In this document: positions 1 through 8,844 of the stretch, piece by piece
How the letters are laid out: each line of letters begins with the position of its first letter
How positions within the stretch are numbered: the stretch's first letter is position 1
Assembly (NCBI GenBank): GCA_029838195.1
Contig: JALGVJ010000059.1
Span: forward strand, 1 to 21,476
Direction of reading: 5' to 3'
DNA from: Promethearchaeota archaeon
GTDB taxonomy: Archaea > Asgardarchaeota > Lokiarchaeia > Sigyniarchaeales > SOKP01
Length of the DNA: 21,476 nucleotides
The notes under the pieces: generated by a model
What the model was told of the DNA's origin: nothing
The model's database searches: none
The model's input: the letters and a program-made list of their open reading frames with translations, nothing else
Position numbers and translations under genes: made by a program

Positions 1-204
1 TTTTTACCCCCATATTCTCCCGACATGAATCCAATGGAGTGGTTTTGGAAGTTTTTACGTAAAAAAGTCACCCATGATACTTTTTTTAGCACGTTTAAGG
101 AATTTCAACGGGCAATCTTTAAATTTATTAGAAAATATAAATATACATCCATGGAAATTAAAACGCTGTGCAATTTTACGAAGTTATTTAGTGCATCATA
201 AATA
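1..204 (+). mobile_element. IS630-family insertion sequence, 3' end (transposase C-terminus, truncated by the window edge)
   Basis: Frame 1 reads FLPPYSPDMNPMEWFWKFLRKKVTHDTFFSTFKEFQRAIFKFI...FSAS* (stop 199-201). LPPYSPDxNPxExxW is the IS630/Tc1 DDE motif carrying the catalytic Glu. Identity with the right-hand copy ends exactly at TA (203-204), the IS630 target dinucleotide. Confidence 0.92.
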
Positions 205-259
205 ATTCCACCAAATCTTGACAAAAAGATAATACACATAACAAAAAAGGTTAAGAAAT

Positions 260-274
260 AAAAAAAAAAAAAAA
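260..274 (-). terminator. Putative oligo-T (U-tract) archaeal terminator
   Basis: A15 run on +, i.e. T15 on the minus strand, beginning a few nt after the stop codon of 281..2047. Confidence 0.4.
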
Positions 275-280
275 TTATTC

Positions 281-2047
281 TCAATTGTTAAATTTTAAAT
301 CAATTATTTTGACCATAATAAGCTCTACTTTAGACTTATCTTGAAATGTTGATAGATTATTAATATCTAATTGTAATATCAAAATTTTCTTCATAAAGGC
401 TTTTTCAAAAGCTTTTTTAAAGGCTTTTTCAAAAGCTTTTTTAAAGGCTTTTTCAAAGGCTTTTTTTATAACTTCAGAAGAAAGGTCAATATCTAATTGC
501 TTGATTTTTTGAGCATATATATCAGAGTTCCCTGAACGATAATCTTGCCAGGTTATAATCGCTCCACCAGCATTATCCGAACAAATACGAATACCTCCAG
601 GTTGATCACCTATAGCATTGCAAATAACTTCACCATTAATATTCCATCTTAAATTTCCATTAGCATCAACTCTTTGAGCATAAATATCACGGGAAGTTCC
701 TGCTTCAACTCCTCGTCCATCTGCCCAAACAATAATTGTTCCATCTGAACCATCACTACATATATGAGGCTCTCCATGATGATAATCAGGATCAATTATA
801 AAAGTACCATTATCAGTCCACAAGGTAATTCCAGTTCCAGTAATTTTTTGAACATAAATTCCTACTTTCGTTAGTCTACTATCATACCATGCGATAATTG
901 CTCCATTATAACTACACGGGCAGATATCAATATCACTTTGACTAGACTCAGCATTACATATTACAGTGCCATTATTCTCCCAGAGAGTATTTCCATTCGA
1001 GTCTATTCTCTGAGCATAAATATCACTATCTACACCATTTCTATAATCAAACCATGCGATTATGGCACCCCCCAATCCATCAGAACAAATTTTCAATCCT
1101 CCTTGGGAACGATTGGCATTACATATGACCGTGCCATTATTCTCCCAGAGAGTATTTCCATTCGAGTCTATTCTCTGAGCATAAATATCACTATCTACAT
1201 CATTTCTTAAATCACCCCATGCGAATATGGCACCCCCCAATCCATCAGAACAAATTTCCAAATCCACTTGGGAACGATTGGCATTACATATAACCGTGCC
1301 ATTATTCTCCCAAAGAGTATTTCCATTCGCATCTATTCTCTGAGCATAAATATCACGATCTACATCATTTCTATAATCCCTCCATGCGATTATGGCACCC
1401 CCCAATCCATCAGAACAAATTTCCAATTCTCCTTGGGAACGATTGGCATTACATATAACCGTGCCATTATTCTCCCAGAGAGTATTTCCATTCGCATCTA
1501 TTCTCTGAGCATAAATATTCCAATCTATATCATTTCTAAAATCTTCCCATGCTATTATAGCACCCCCCAATCCATCAGAACAAATTTTTGAAAATCGTTG
1601 ACTTCCTAAGGCATTACATATAACCGTGCCATTATTCTCCCAGAGAATATTTCCATTAGCATCAATTCTCTGCGCATATATCTCCTTCACACTTCCATAC
1701 ACATTCTCCCATGCGATAATAGCGCCTCCAGAACCATCTCCACATATTCCACGTGGATATTGGCTTGTTTCTACATAACCATATCTCCAATCCCAATATT
1801 TCGCATTACAAATAAGGGTTCCATTCGGCTCCCATGTAGTAATTTGAGATGAACTTGGAATTTTTTGAAATTTATTTTTTCCTAATTCTTTATTATCCAG
1901 GATTTTATCTTTTTTATTTCGGAATTCTGGGTCAGAAAAGGAGTTCGGGCATTTTTCAATATTGTTTATGTAATTGATATCAATAGAAACAATAATCAAA
2001 TTAAAAAGGAATAATATTAGGATAAGATATTTTATATTACTTCTCAT
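281..2047 (-). CDS. Secreted or membrane-anchored repeat protein, probable 8-bladed beta-propeller surface glycoprotein
   Basis: N-terminal hydrophobic signal/anchor (YLILILFLFNLIIVSI). Eight ~55-aa repeats of consensus WxxNGTVICNAxxSQxxxxICSDGxGGAIIAWxDxRNxxDxDIYAQRIDxNGNxL. At least 10 N-X-S/T sequons. C-terminal KAFE/KAFK repeat. Confidence 0.85.
   Translation of the reverse strand: MRSNIKYLILILFLFNLIIVSIDINYINNIEKCPNSFSDPEFRNKKDKILDNKELGKNKFQKIPSSSQITTWEPNGTLICNAKYWDWRYGYVETSQYPRGICGDGSGGAIIAWENVYGSVKEIYAQRIDANGNILWENNGTVICNALGSQRFSKICSDGLGGAIIAWEDFRNDIDWNIYAQRIDANGNTLWENNGTVICNANRSQGELEICSDGLGGAIIAWRDYRNDVDRDIYAQRIDANGNTLWENNGTVICNANRSQVDLEICSDGLGGAIFAWGDLRNDVDSDIYAQRIDSNGNTLWENNGTVICNANRSQGGLKICSDGLGGAIIAWFDYRNGVDSDIYAQRIDSNGNTLWENNGTVICNAESSQSDIDICPCSYNGAIIAWYDSRLTKVGIYVQKITGTGITLWTDNGTFIIDPDYHHGEPHICSDGSDGTIIVWADGRGVEAGTSRDIYAQRVDANGNLRWNINGEVICNAIGDQPGGIRICSDNAGGAIITWQDYRSGNSDIYAQKIKQLDIDLSSEVIKKAFEKAFKKAFEKAFKKAFEKAFMKKILILQLDINNLSTFQDKSKVELIMVKIIDLKFNN
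395..466. repeat. Intragenic 24-bp x3 tandem repeat (12-bp subunits x6) encoding (KKAFEKAF)3
   Basis: aaaggctttttcaaaagctttttt at 395-418 and 419-442, plus a one-mismatch copy at 443-466. Confidence 0.9.
951..1680. repeat. 165-bp intragenic tandem repeat (4 full copies plus one partial, diverged copy)
   Basis: Anchor gcattacata recurs at 951, 1116, 1281, 1446 and 1611 (period 165 bp = 55 codons). The copies are near-identical. Confidence 0.95.
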
Positions 2048-2356
2048 TGATAAAACCTGAAGATTTTTTTATAATTTGGATTTTTTTTTTTAATTCTCAA
2101 ATATTTAAAAATATTTGGTTTTTTCAATTAAGATTCGATTATTCATTTATCCATGTAATTATATAAAAAGTAATAGGTTTATGAAAAATTAAGAAATGTT
2201 CTAGAAATTCTTTTCTTATTTCAAAGATCATGATTAATCTATAAAAAATATTAAAAAGTACAAAGAATATTTTTCACGCATTTGAATATCATTAGCCATT
2301 TTATTGAAAGATCTTATCTTATTTATGTTTAATGTTGTTCATGTTAATATATTAAT

Positions 2357-3082
2357 TTATTTCATTTTGATTAATATTTCTCTTGTATTGTCCTTCTCAT
2401 TCGATGAAATCAGAAAAAATTCGTTATATCCTATTTTTTTTAAATATTTTAATATTTTTTTGAAAATTTGGTTTCCATGAGTTTCAATGAGAATTTTGGG
2501 TTTCTTTCTTTTTAAAAATTTCTCGATTCCCTTGAGAACATCATATTCTAAGCCTTCAACATCTATTTTAATGATTGTAGGGTCAATCTGAGATAATTCA
2601 ATGAAATGATCCAATGTAATTGCATTAACTCGAAAATTACCTTCTTTTGTTAACCTCCCCGTCGCAATGCAATTTCCCTTTTGAAAATAGAATTTTCCAA
2701 TTTTATTGGCTATTGCAAGAGGATAAATTTTTACATTTTTAATTTGATTTATAGCCATCATTTTTCGAAAAAAATCTAAATTGCGAGGAAAGGGTTCAAA
2801 TGAATAAACACATTTACTATATCTAGAAAAAAGAAGGGAATAAATTCCAATATTTGCTCCAATATCAATACAAACATCATCTTTAGAAGAAATTATTTTA
2901 CCCATTTCTAGCCATTTTGGTTCACTCAAATTTAATAAGTAAGATAATCCTTTAGCGGGGCCTGCGGGAGCCCCTGCAATTAATTTAAACCCTTTTAATG
3001 GCCCCCTGAGAATAATTAAGGGAAGACCATTAGGAATGAGTTTAGTTGAAGTAATAATAAATTTCAGAATAATTTTTTTCAT
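2357..3082 (-). CDS. FkbM-family SAM-dependent methyltransferase
   Basis: Motifs DIGANIGxYS, VYSFEP and IKIDVEGLE. Confidence 0.9.
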   Translation of the reverse strand: MKKIILKFIITSTKLIPNGLPLIILRGPLKGFKLIAGAPAGPAKGLSYLLNLSEPKWLEMGKIISSKDDVCIDIGANIGIYSLLFSRYSKCVYSFEPFPRNLDFFRKMMAINQIKNVKIYPLAIANKIGKFYFQKGNCIATGRLTKEGNFRVNAITLDHFIELSQIDPTIIKIDVEGLEYDVLKGIEKFLKRKKPKILIETHGNQIFKKILKYLKKIGYNEFFLISSNEKDNTREILIKMK

Positions 3083-3210
3083 GAAGATCTTACTTAAAAT
3101 GTAGATTTAACACTAAACGGATGTAATAAAAATGATCTTAAATTCTTCACATATAACTTGCATGTTCTTATTTGCTTAAACGATAAATACATTTAATAGT
3201 CTATGATATC

Positions 3211-4398
3211 ATGAAAATCACGATCATCTCTCCCGTATTCCCCTATCCAAGAAGAGGAGATTATTTTGGTTTGGAGCGATATGTAGAAAATCTTGCTGTT
3301 TATCTTAAAAAGCTCCAGCACGATGTCACCGTGATTACAACCTATTGGAATGGAGGAAAACATCATGATAAGTATAAAGGCGTTTCTATAATTCGATTAA
3401 TGGAGCTTAAATCCATCATCGGGCCGATTGCTTCCATAGGTTTTTTACATTATATTACTTTTGGCTTCAATTTATATAGAAAGAAGAACATGAAATACTA
3501 TTTGAATTCTGATATTGTTATATTAAATATTCCATTAGCTTTTACAAGATTTTTTAAATTAAAAAATATCCCCGTTGTATCAATTTTTCATCATTATGTT
3601 CCCATTAAATCAGTTTTTGAATATCTTTATTTTCCAATGTATCATTTTCTTGAAAAATGGCAATTTCGAACCAATAAAAAAGTCATAGCAATTTCCGAAG
3701 CATCCAAAAATGATCTAATTAAATATTATGGATTAAATGGCCAAGATATTAAGGTCATTCCAGATGGAATTGATACGGAACGGTTCAATCCAAAAAATAA
3801 TTCAAAAGAAATTAAAAAGGAATTTGGAGACAAACTACTCTTATTTTCAGGGTTAATGATATACAGAAAAAGAGTGCCTATTTTATTGGAAGCCATGACT
3901 CACGTGATTAAAGAAATTCCTGATGCCAAATTAATATTAACGGGAAGAGGTCCTTTTTTAAAAACATGGATCAAATTATCTAAAAACTTGAATTTACATG
4001 AAAATGTAAAATTTTTAGGGTTTGTAGATGATGAGCTCCTTTTAAAATTATATGCGTCAGCGGACATTTTTGTTTTCCCTTCTGAATTAGAAGGATTTGG
4101 TCAAGTTTTACTTGAAGCCATGGCAAGTGGAACTCCCGTGATTTGTGCTGACCAGCCTCCCATGTCTGAAATCATCGAAAACGGTGGATTAACGTTTAAA
4201 ATAAATGATCCCTTCGATTTAGCTAATAAAATTATTTATTTATTAAAAAATAAAGAAGAATTAGATAAAATAAGAAAACATGGATTAGAAGTCGTTAAAA
4301 AATTTCATTGGCTCAATATAGCAAGATGTTATGAAAAATACTTGTTAGAAATTCGAAATGAATTAATTAATACCATAAAAAAAAGTATATCTGAATAA
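3211..4398 (+). CDS. Glycosyltransferase family 4 (GT-B)
   Basis: MKITII start, GxERYV, VIPDGIDTERF, DIFVFPSELEGFGQVLLEAMASGTPVI (EX7E motif). Confidence 0.93.
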   Translation: MKITIISPVFPYPRRGDYFGLERYVENLAVYLKKLQHDVTVITTYWNGGKHHDKYKGVSIIRLMELKSIIGPIASIGFLHYITFGFNLYRKKNMKYYLNSDIVILNIPLAFTRFFKLKNIPVVSIFHHYVPIKSVFEYLYFPMYHFLEKWQFRTNKKVIAISEASKNDLIKYYGLNGQDIKVIPDGIDTERFNPKNNSKEIKKEFGDKLLLFSGLMIYRKRVPILLEAMTHVIKEIPDAKLILTGRGPFLKTWIKLSKNLNLHENVKFLGFVDDELLLKLYASADIFVFPSELEGFGQVLLEAMASGTPVICADQPPMSEIIENGGLTFKINDPFDLANKIIYLLKNKEELDKIRKHGLEVVKKFHWLNIARCYEKYLLEIRNELINTIKKSISE

Positions 4399-4417
4399 AC
4401 CAAATAATTCTATTGTC

Positions 4418-5374
4418 ATGTTGAAATCTTTCTCAATAATTACGGAACGATTACGTAATCCCTTAGAACTGTATCAGTCGCTTCTTTTACGTTGCATGAG
4501 TAAGTTCATTTATAGAAAAAATGATGGTGTTCACCTTCTTGAGAAAGAATGGGATAATTGTATCATTTTAGATGCTTGTAGATATGATTTCTTCCAATAT
4601 TATTTTAGTGAAAAAACCATTAAGGGAGAATTATTTAAAATTAAATCAAGAGGGACACATACCATAGATTTTCTCAGAGAAAATTTTGAGGGAAATTATC
4701 ATGATGATATTATTTATATTACAAGTACACCATACGTTGATCTTTATTGCAAAAATAAGTTTTTTAAAGTTATATCCGTATGGAAAGATGGATGGGCAAA
4801 AAAGCATTTCACGGTCTTACCAGAAACCATGTACGATTATGCCATTGATACGCTCATTAAACATCCGGATAAACGATTAATAATACATTTCATCCAACCT
4901 CATTATCCTTATATCGGCTTGACTCTCAGCGATATAAAAAAAAATATTAAAAAAAAATGGAAAAAAAGATATCAGAATGATGATATTTTCTATTTTGAAA
5001 CAATAAAGTTCAAAAAATCTATTTTCTCCATTTATACTAATAAATTTTTTGCGATTATTGATAAAAAGTTTCACCTTAAAGCATATGCTAGTAATTTAAA
5101 AAAAGTTTTACTTACTGTTGAGAAGTTGATAAATATACTTCCCGGCACTACAGTAATAACTGCAGATCACGGAGAAGCATTTGGAGAATACATTCATCCT
5201 TTAATACCGGTGAGATTTTACGGCCACGCAATTAATATTCGAATTCCTGCTTTAATAGAAGTTCCTTGGCTGATAATTAGGGAAAGAGATAAAAATCAAT
5301 CAATGAGAGATGAACTAAAGGAAAAAACATTAATTAAAGATTCGGTTTATAAATTGAATTTAAAGTTAAAATAA
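4418..5374 (+). CDS. Alkaline-phosphatase-superfamily (sulfatase/LtaS-like) enzyme
   Basis: Metal-binding motifs IILDACRYD, HFIQPHYPY, TADHGEAFGE, GH...VPW. The nucleophile region SRGTHT lacks the CxPxR sulfatase motif. Confidence 0.8.
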   Translation: MLKSFSIITERLRNPLELYQSLLLRCMSKFIYRKNDGVHLLEKEWDNCIILDACRYDFFQYYFSEKTIKGELFKIKSRGTHTIDFLRENFEGNYHDDIIYITSTPYVDLYCKNKFFKVISVWKDGWAKKHFTVLPETMYDYAIDTLIKHPDKRLIIHFIQPHYPYIGLTLSDIKKNIKKKWKKRYQNDDIFYFETIKFKKSIFSIYTNKFFAIIDKKFHLKAYASNLKKVLLTVEKLINILPGTTVITADHGEAFGEYIHPLIPVRFYGHAINIRIPALIEVPWLIIRERDKNQSMRDELKEKTLIKDSVYKLNLKLK

Positions 5375-5375
5375 A

Positions 5376-6575
5376 ATGGAAGAAAAACAAAGCAAGATAA
5401 AACCAATGAAAATTACCCTCTTAACTCCTTTTTTTCCCCATCCTAAGAGAGGCCATGCGCATGGTGCTGAACGATATGCGGAAGGATTAGCCTTAGGATT
5501 AAAAAAAGCAGGACATCACGTCAAGATCGTGACAAGTTATTATAATGGAACAAAAAAGCATGATTTTCTCCAAGGAATCCCCATTTTAAGAGTACATGAT
5601 TCTAATAGCTTATTACATCATCATGGGTCTATTTTTTTCTTACATTACATATCCTTTGGATTAAACGCCACCCGAAAATCAAATTTTAAATTTTATGAAG
5701 ATTCTGATGTAATAATAACGGATATTGCTTTTGGATTCCTGCGGGCAATTCGAAAAAAAAAAATTCCACTCATATCGGTATTTTTCCATTATGACGAAGA
5801 TCAAAGTACAAAAGGATTTTTCTATCGAATGTTTTATGTTTCTTTCTTGCGGTTTCTTGAAAAATATCATTTTAGGAAAACGCGAAATATAATTACAATC
5901 TCTCAAAAATCAAAATTAGATTTGATACAAAAATATGGAATCCCCGAAGATTATATTACGGTTATTCCAATTGGGATTGATTTGGAGAAATTTAATCCAC
6001 GAAATTATTCCTCTGATATTCGCAAATCATATGGCCCTAAAATAATTTTATATTCTGCTCTTACGGTTTATCGAAAAAGGTTACCTATATTATTGAAAGC
6101 AATGCCAATTATACTAAAAGAGATCCCCAATACCCATTTAATATTAACGGGAGGCGGTCCTTTATGGGAACCGTGTAAAATATTGGCTAAGTTCTTAAAG
6201 ATTGAGAGAAATGCAACTTTTTTAGGTTTCATAAGAGAGGAAGAGCTTAAAAAACTTTTTGCTACAAGTGATTTATTCGTGCTTCCTTCAGAAAAAGAAG
6301 GATTTGGTCAAGTTCTTACTGAAGCCATGGCCAGTGGAACGCCAGTTATATGTTCTAACGTACCACCAATGTCTGAAATAATAGAAAATGGTGGAAAAAC
6401 CTTCATAGTAAATAATTATAGAGATTTAGCACAAAAAATCATTTCTTTATTAAAGAATCAAGAGGATTTAAATCTATATAGAGAACGAGCCCTTAATGTA
6501 GCAAGGGAATATGATTGGTCTAGAATAGTCAATTTATATATTGATTATATAAAAAACATAAAATATCTTCTTTAA
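5376..6575 (+). CDS. Glycosyltransferase family 4 (paralog 2; start may be the ATG at 5406)
   Basis: MKITLL...HGAERY; DLFVLPSEKEGFGQVLTEAMASGTPVI. Confidence 0.93.
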   Translation: MEEKQSKIKPMKITLLTPFFPHPKRGHAHGAERYAEGLALGLKKAGHHVKIVTSYYNGTKKHDFLQGIPILRVHDSNSLLHHHGSIFFLHYISFGLNATRKSNFKFYEDSDVIITDIAFGFLRAIRKKKIPLISVFFHYDEDQSTKGFFYRMFYVSFLRFLEKYHFRKTRNIITISQKSKLDLIQKYGIPEDYITVIPIGIDLEKFNPRNYSSDIRKSYGPKIILYSALTVYRKRLPILLKAMPIILKEIPNTHLILTGGGPLWEPCKILAKFLKIERNATFLGFIREEELKKLFATSDLFVLPSEKEGFGQVLTEAMASGTPVICSNVPPMSEIIENGGKTFIVNNYRDLAQKIISLLKNQEDLNLYRERALNVAREYDWSRIVNLYIDYIKNIKYLL

Positions 6576-6621
6576 TTTTGCATCTTGCTCAATTATTAAT
6601 GATAGAGGATCACTTGAACCC

Positions 6622-7791
6622 ATGAAAATAACAATTGCGACTCCTTGGTTTCCCCATCCTCATAGAGGGATTGCTCATGGTGCTGAACGATATGTCGAGA
6701 ATCTTGCGTTATACCTCAAAAAACTCGGTCATGAAATTAAAATTGTTACTACCTTCTATAATGGGACAAAAAAATACGATAATTATAAAGGCATACCAAT
6801 TTTAAGGATACTAGATTCTAAAGCCATTTTGGGGAAATATGGAGCAGCATTTTTCTTGAATTACATGACTTTTGGTTTAAATTTAATCAGGCGAAAAAAT
6901 TTCAAGTTTTATAAGGATTCCGATTTTATTATCACAAATATAGTATTAGGATTCACTAATTACTTCAAATTAAAGAAAATTCCTGTCATTTCTGTTTTTT
7001 TCCATTATGATAAAACATTTAATGACTTAATTTTTGATATACTCTTTATTTACATGTTGCATTATTTAGAAAAACGGCAGTTTCGAAAGCACAATCACAT
7101 AATTGCTATTTCTGAAGCATCCAAGAATGATTTAATCAAGTATTATAAAATCAATAAAGATAAAATTCTCGTAATTCCAATTGGAGTTGAATTAGAGCGC
7201 TTTAAACCATCAAATTATTCGGAAGAAATTCGAAAAAAATATGGAAAGAATATTCTTTTTTATTCCGCATTAACTGTAAAGAGAAAAAGATTACCCGTTT
7301 TACTAAAAGCCATGCCATTAATTAAGAAGGAAATTCCGGATGTTCATTTAGTTTTAAGCGGAGGCGGTCCACAATGGGAAAATTGTAAACTTATCGCAAA
7401 AAAATTGGATCTTCTTTCCTACACTACTTTTTTAGGATTCATCAATGATGAAGATCTTTTAAAATATTATGCTACAAGTGATTTATATATTTTACCTTCA
7501 GAGAGAGAAGGATTTGGTCAAGTAATTTTTGAAGCCATGGCAAGTGGAACTCCTGTAATTTGCGCGGATATTCCTCCCATGTCAGAACTCATAGAAAATG
7601 GAGGTCGCACGTTTAAGCTTAATGATCATGAAGACTTAGCTAAACAGGTCATTTATTTATTAAAAAATAGAGAAGATTTAAAGAAATTAAGTGAAAATGC
7701 CATTAGAATAGCACAAAAATATGATTGGAATAATATCATCAAAATTTATGATAAATATTTAAAAATAGTTAAGAAGAAGGGGCGATATTAA
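6622..7791 (+). CDS. Glycosyltransferase family 4 (paralog 3)
   Basis: MKITIA...HGAERYV; DLYILPSEREGFGQVIFEAMASGTPVI. Confidence 0.93.
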   Translation: MKITIATPWFPHPHRGIAHGAERYVENLALYLKKLGHEIKIVTTFYNGTKKYDNYKGIPILRILDSKAILGKYGAAFFLNYMTFGLNLIRRKNFKFYKDSDFIITNIVLGFTNYFKLKKIPVISVFFHYDKTFNDLIFDILFIYMLHYLEKRQFRKHNHIIAISEASKNDLIKYYKINKDKILVIPIGVELERFKPSNYSEEIRKKYGKNILFYSALTVKRKRLPVLLKAMPLIKKEIPDVHLVLSGGGPQWENCKLIAKKLDLLSYTTFLGFINDEDLLKYYATSDLYILPSEREGFGQVIFEAMASGTPVICADIPPMSELIENGGRTFKLNDHEDLAKQVIYLLKNREDLKKLSENAIRIAQKYDWNNIIKIYDKYLKIVKKKGRY

Positions 7792-7836
7792 CATTTCACG
7801 TAAATTTTTATTTAAGAAATAAATAAAATAAATATC

Positions 7837-8664
7837 ATGAAGAGAACGCTTACCATGTTTTTTGAACGGCTTTTACCTTCAATAAAAAGGTTACACGATA
7901 CAATGACTAAAGCCGCAGTAAAATATAAATTAGTAAAAGAAATTCTTTCAAAGAACATTTTTATTAAGCTTGCCTATATAACAGGAGAGATTGATTTTAA
8001 GCGAAAATTATCTGAATGTAAGACGATTCAAGATTATATCTCATTAGCTTTAAATTACCAGTATTCACTCATAAAAGCATTACCCCCGATGATTGTAATA
8101 ACAACCTTACAAAGAAAGTGTGAAATTACGGAATTCTGTAAGATGATAAGACATGTGAAAGCTAAAACTATTCTTGAAATTGGTACAGCCAATGGTGGTA
8201 CTTTATTTTTATTAACTCGATTTTCAGATAAACATTCTCTTGTTATAACAATGGATTTGCCTGAAAGCCTTTTTTTTAGGGGATTTGATTTTAAAATCCG
8301 CCGTTTTTATAAATCATTTGCATCCAATCATCAGAAAGTTGAATTAATCAATGGAGATTCTCATGAATTATCAACTCTTAAAAAGCTTAAAAAGGTTCTA
8401 AAAGATAGAGAATTAGATATCCTTTTTATTGATGGAGATCATTCCTATGAAGGTGTAAAAAAAGATTTTGAAATGTATTCACCTCTTGTGAGGAAAGGGG
8501 GTTTAATAGTATTTCATGACATCGTGGTCGTACCCCCTGAAATCGAAAAAAATAATGGAGTAAATAAATTTTGGAATGAAATAAAGAGAGATCATAAATT
8601 TAAAGAAATTGTAGACGATTGGAATCAAGGATGGGGAGGTATCGGAATAATTTGGAAAAATTAG
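7837..8664 (+). CDS. Class I SAM-dependent methyltransferase (Methyltransf_24-like), probable glycan O-methyltransferase
   Basis: ILEIGTANGGT, GDSH, LFIDGDHSYEGVKKD, GGLIVFHDI. Confidence 0.88.
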   Translation: MKRTLTMFFERLLPSIKRLHDTMTKAAVKYKLVKEILSKNIFIKLAYITGEIDFKRKLSECKTIQDYISLALNYQYSLIKALPPMIVITTLQRKCEITEFCKMIRHVKAKTILEIGTANGGTLFLLTRFSDKHSLVITMDLPESLFFRGFDFKIRRFYKSFASNHQKVELINGDSHELSTLKKLKKVLKDRELDILFIDGDHSYEGVKKDFEMYSPLVRKGGLIVFHDIVVVPPEIEKNNGVNKFWNEIKRDHKFKEIVDDWNQGWGGIGIIWKN

Positions 8665-8844
8665 GTATTAAAAATGTTTGCATGGAAGTAAATCCTTAAT
8701 TTCCAAATTAAATTTATAAAATAGGACAATTTTAAAATAAATTTATTCATTTCTATAAATATTTTATTTGAAACATAAATTTTAAAGGAAGTATATTAAA
8801 GATTTTAAAATACTATATAATCAATTTAATTTAAAATAATTATA

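Noticed and set aside
938-1591. Plus-strand ORFs 938..1210 and 1268..1591
   Set aside because: Antisense shadows of the 165-bp repeats in the propeller gene.
951-1680. Diversity-generating retroelement (TR/VR) or CRISPR explanation of the repeats
   Set aside because: The repeats are contiguous in-frame coding units with no spacers. The variable codons (gaa, agg, tgg) do not all derive from adenine-only mutation of one visible template, and no reverse transcriptase or cas gene is present.
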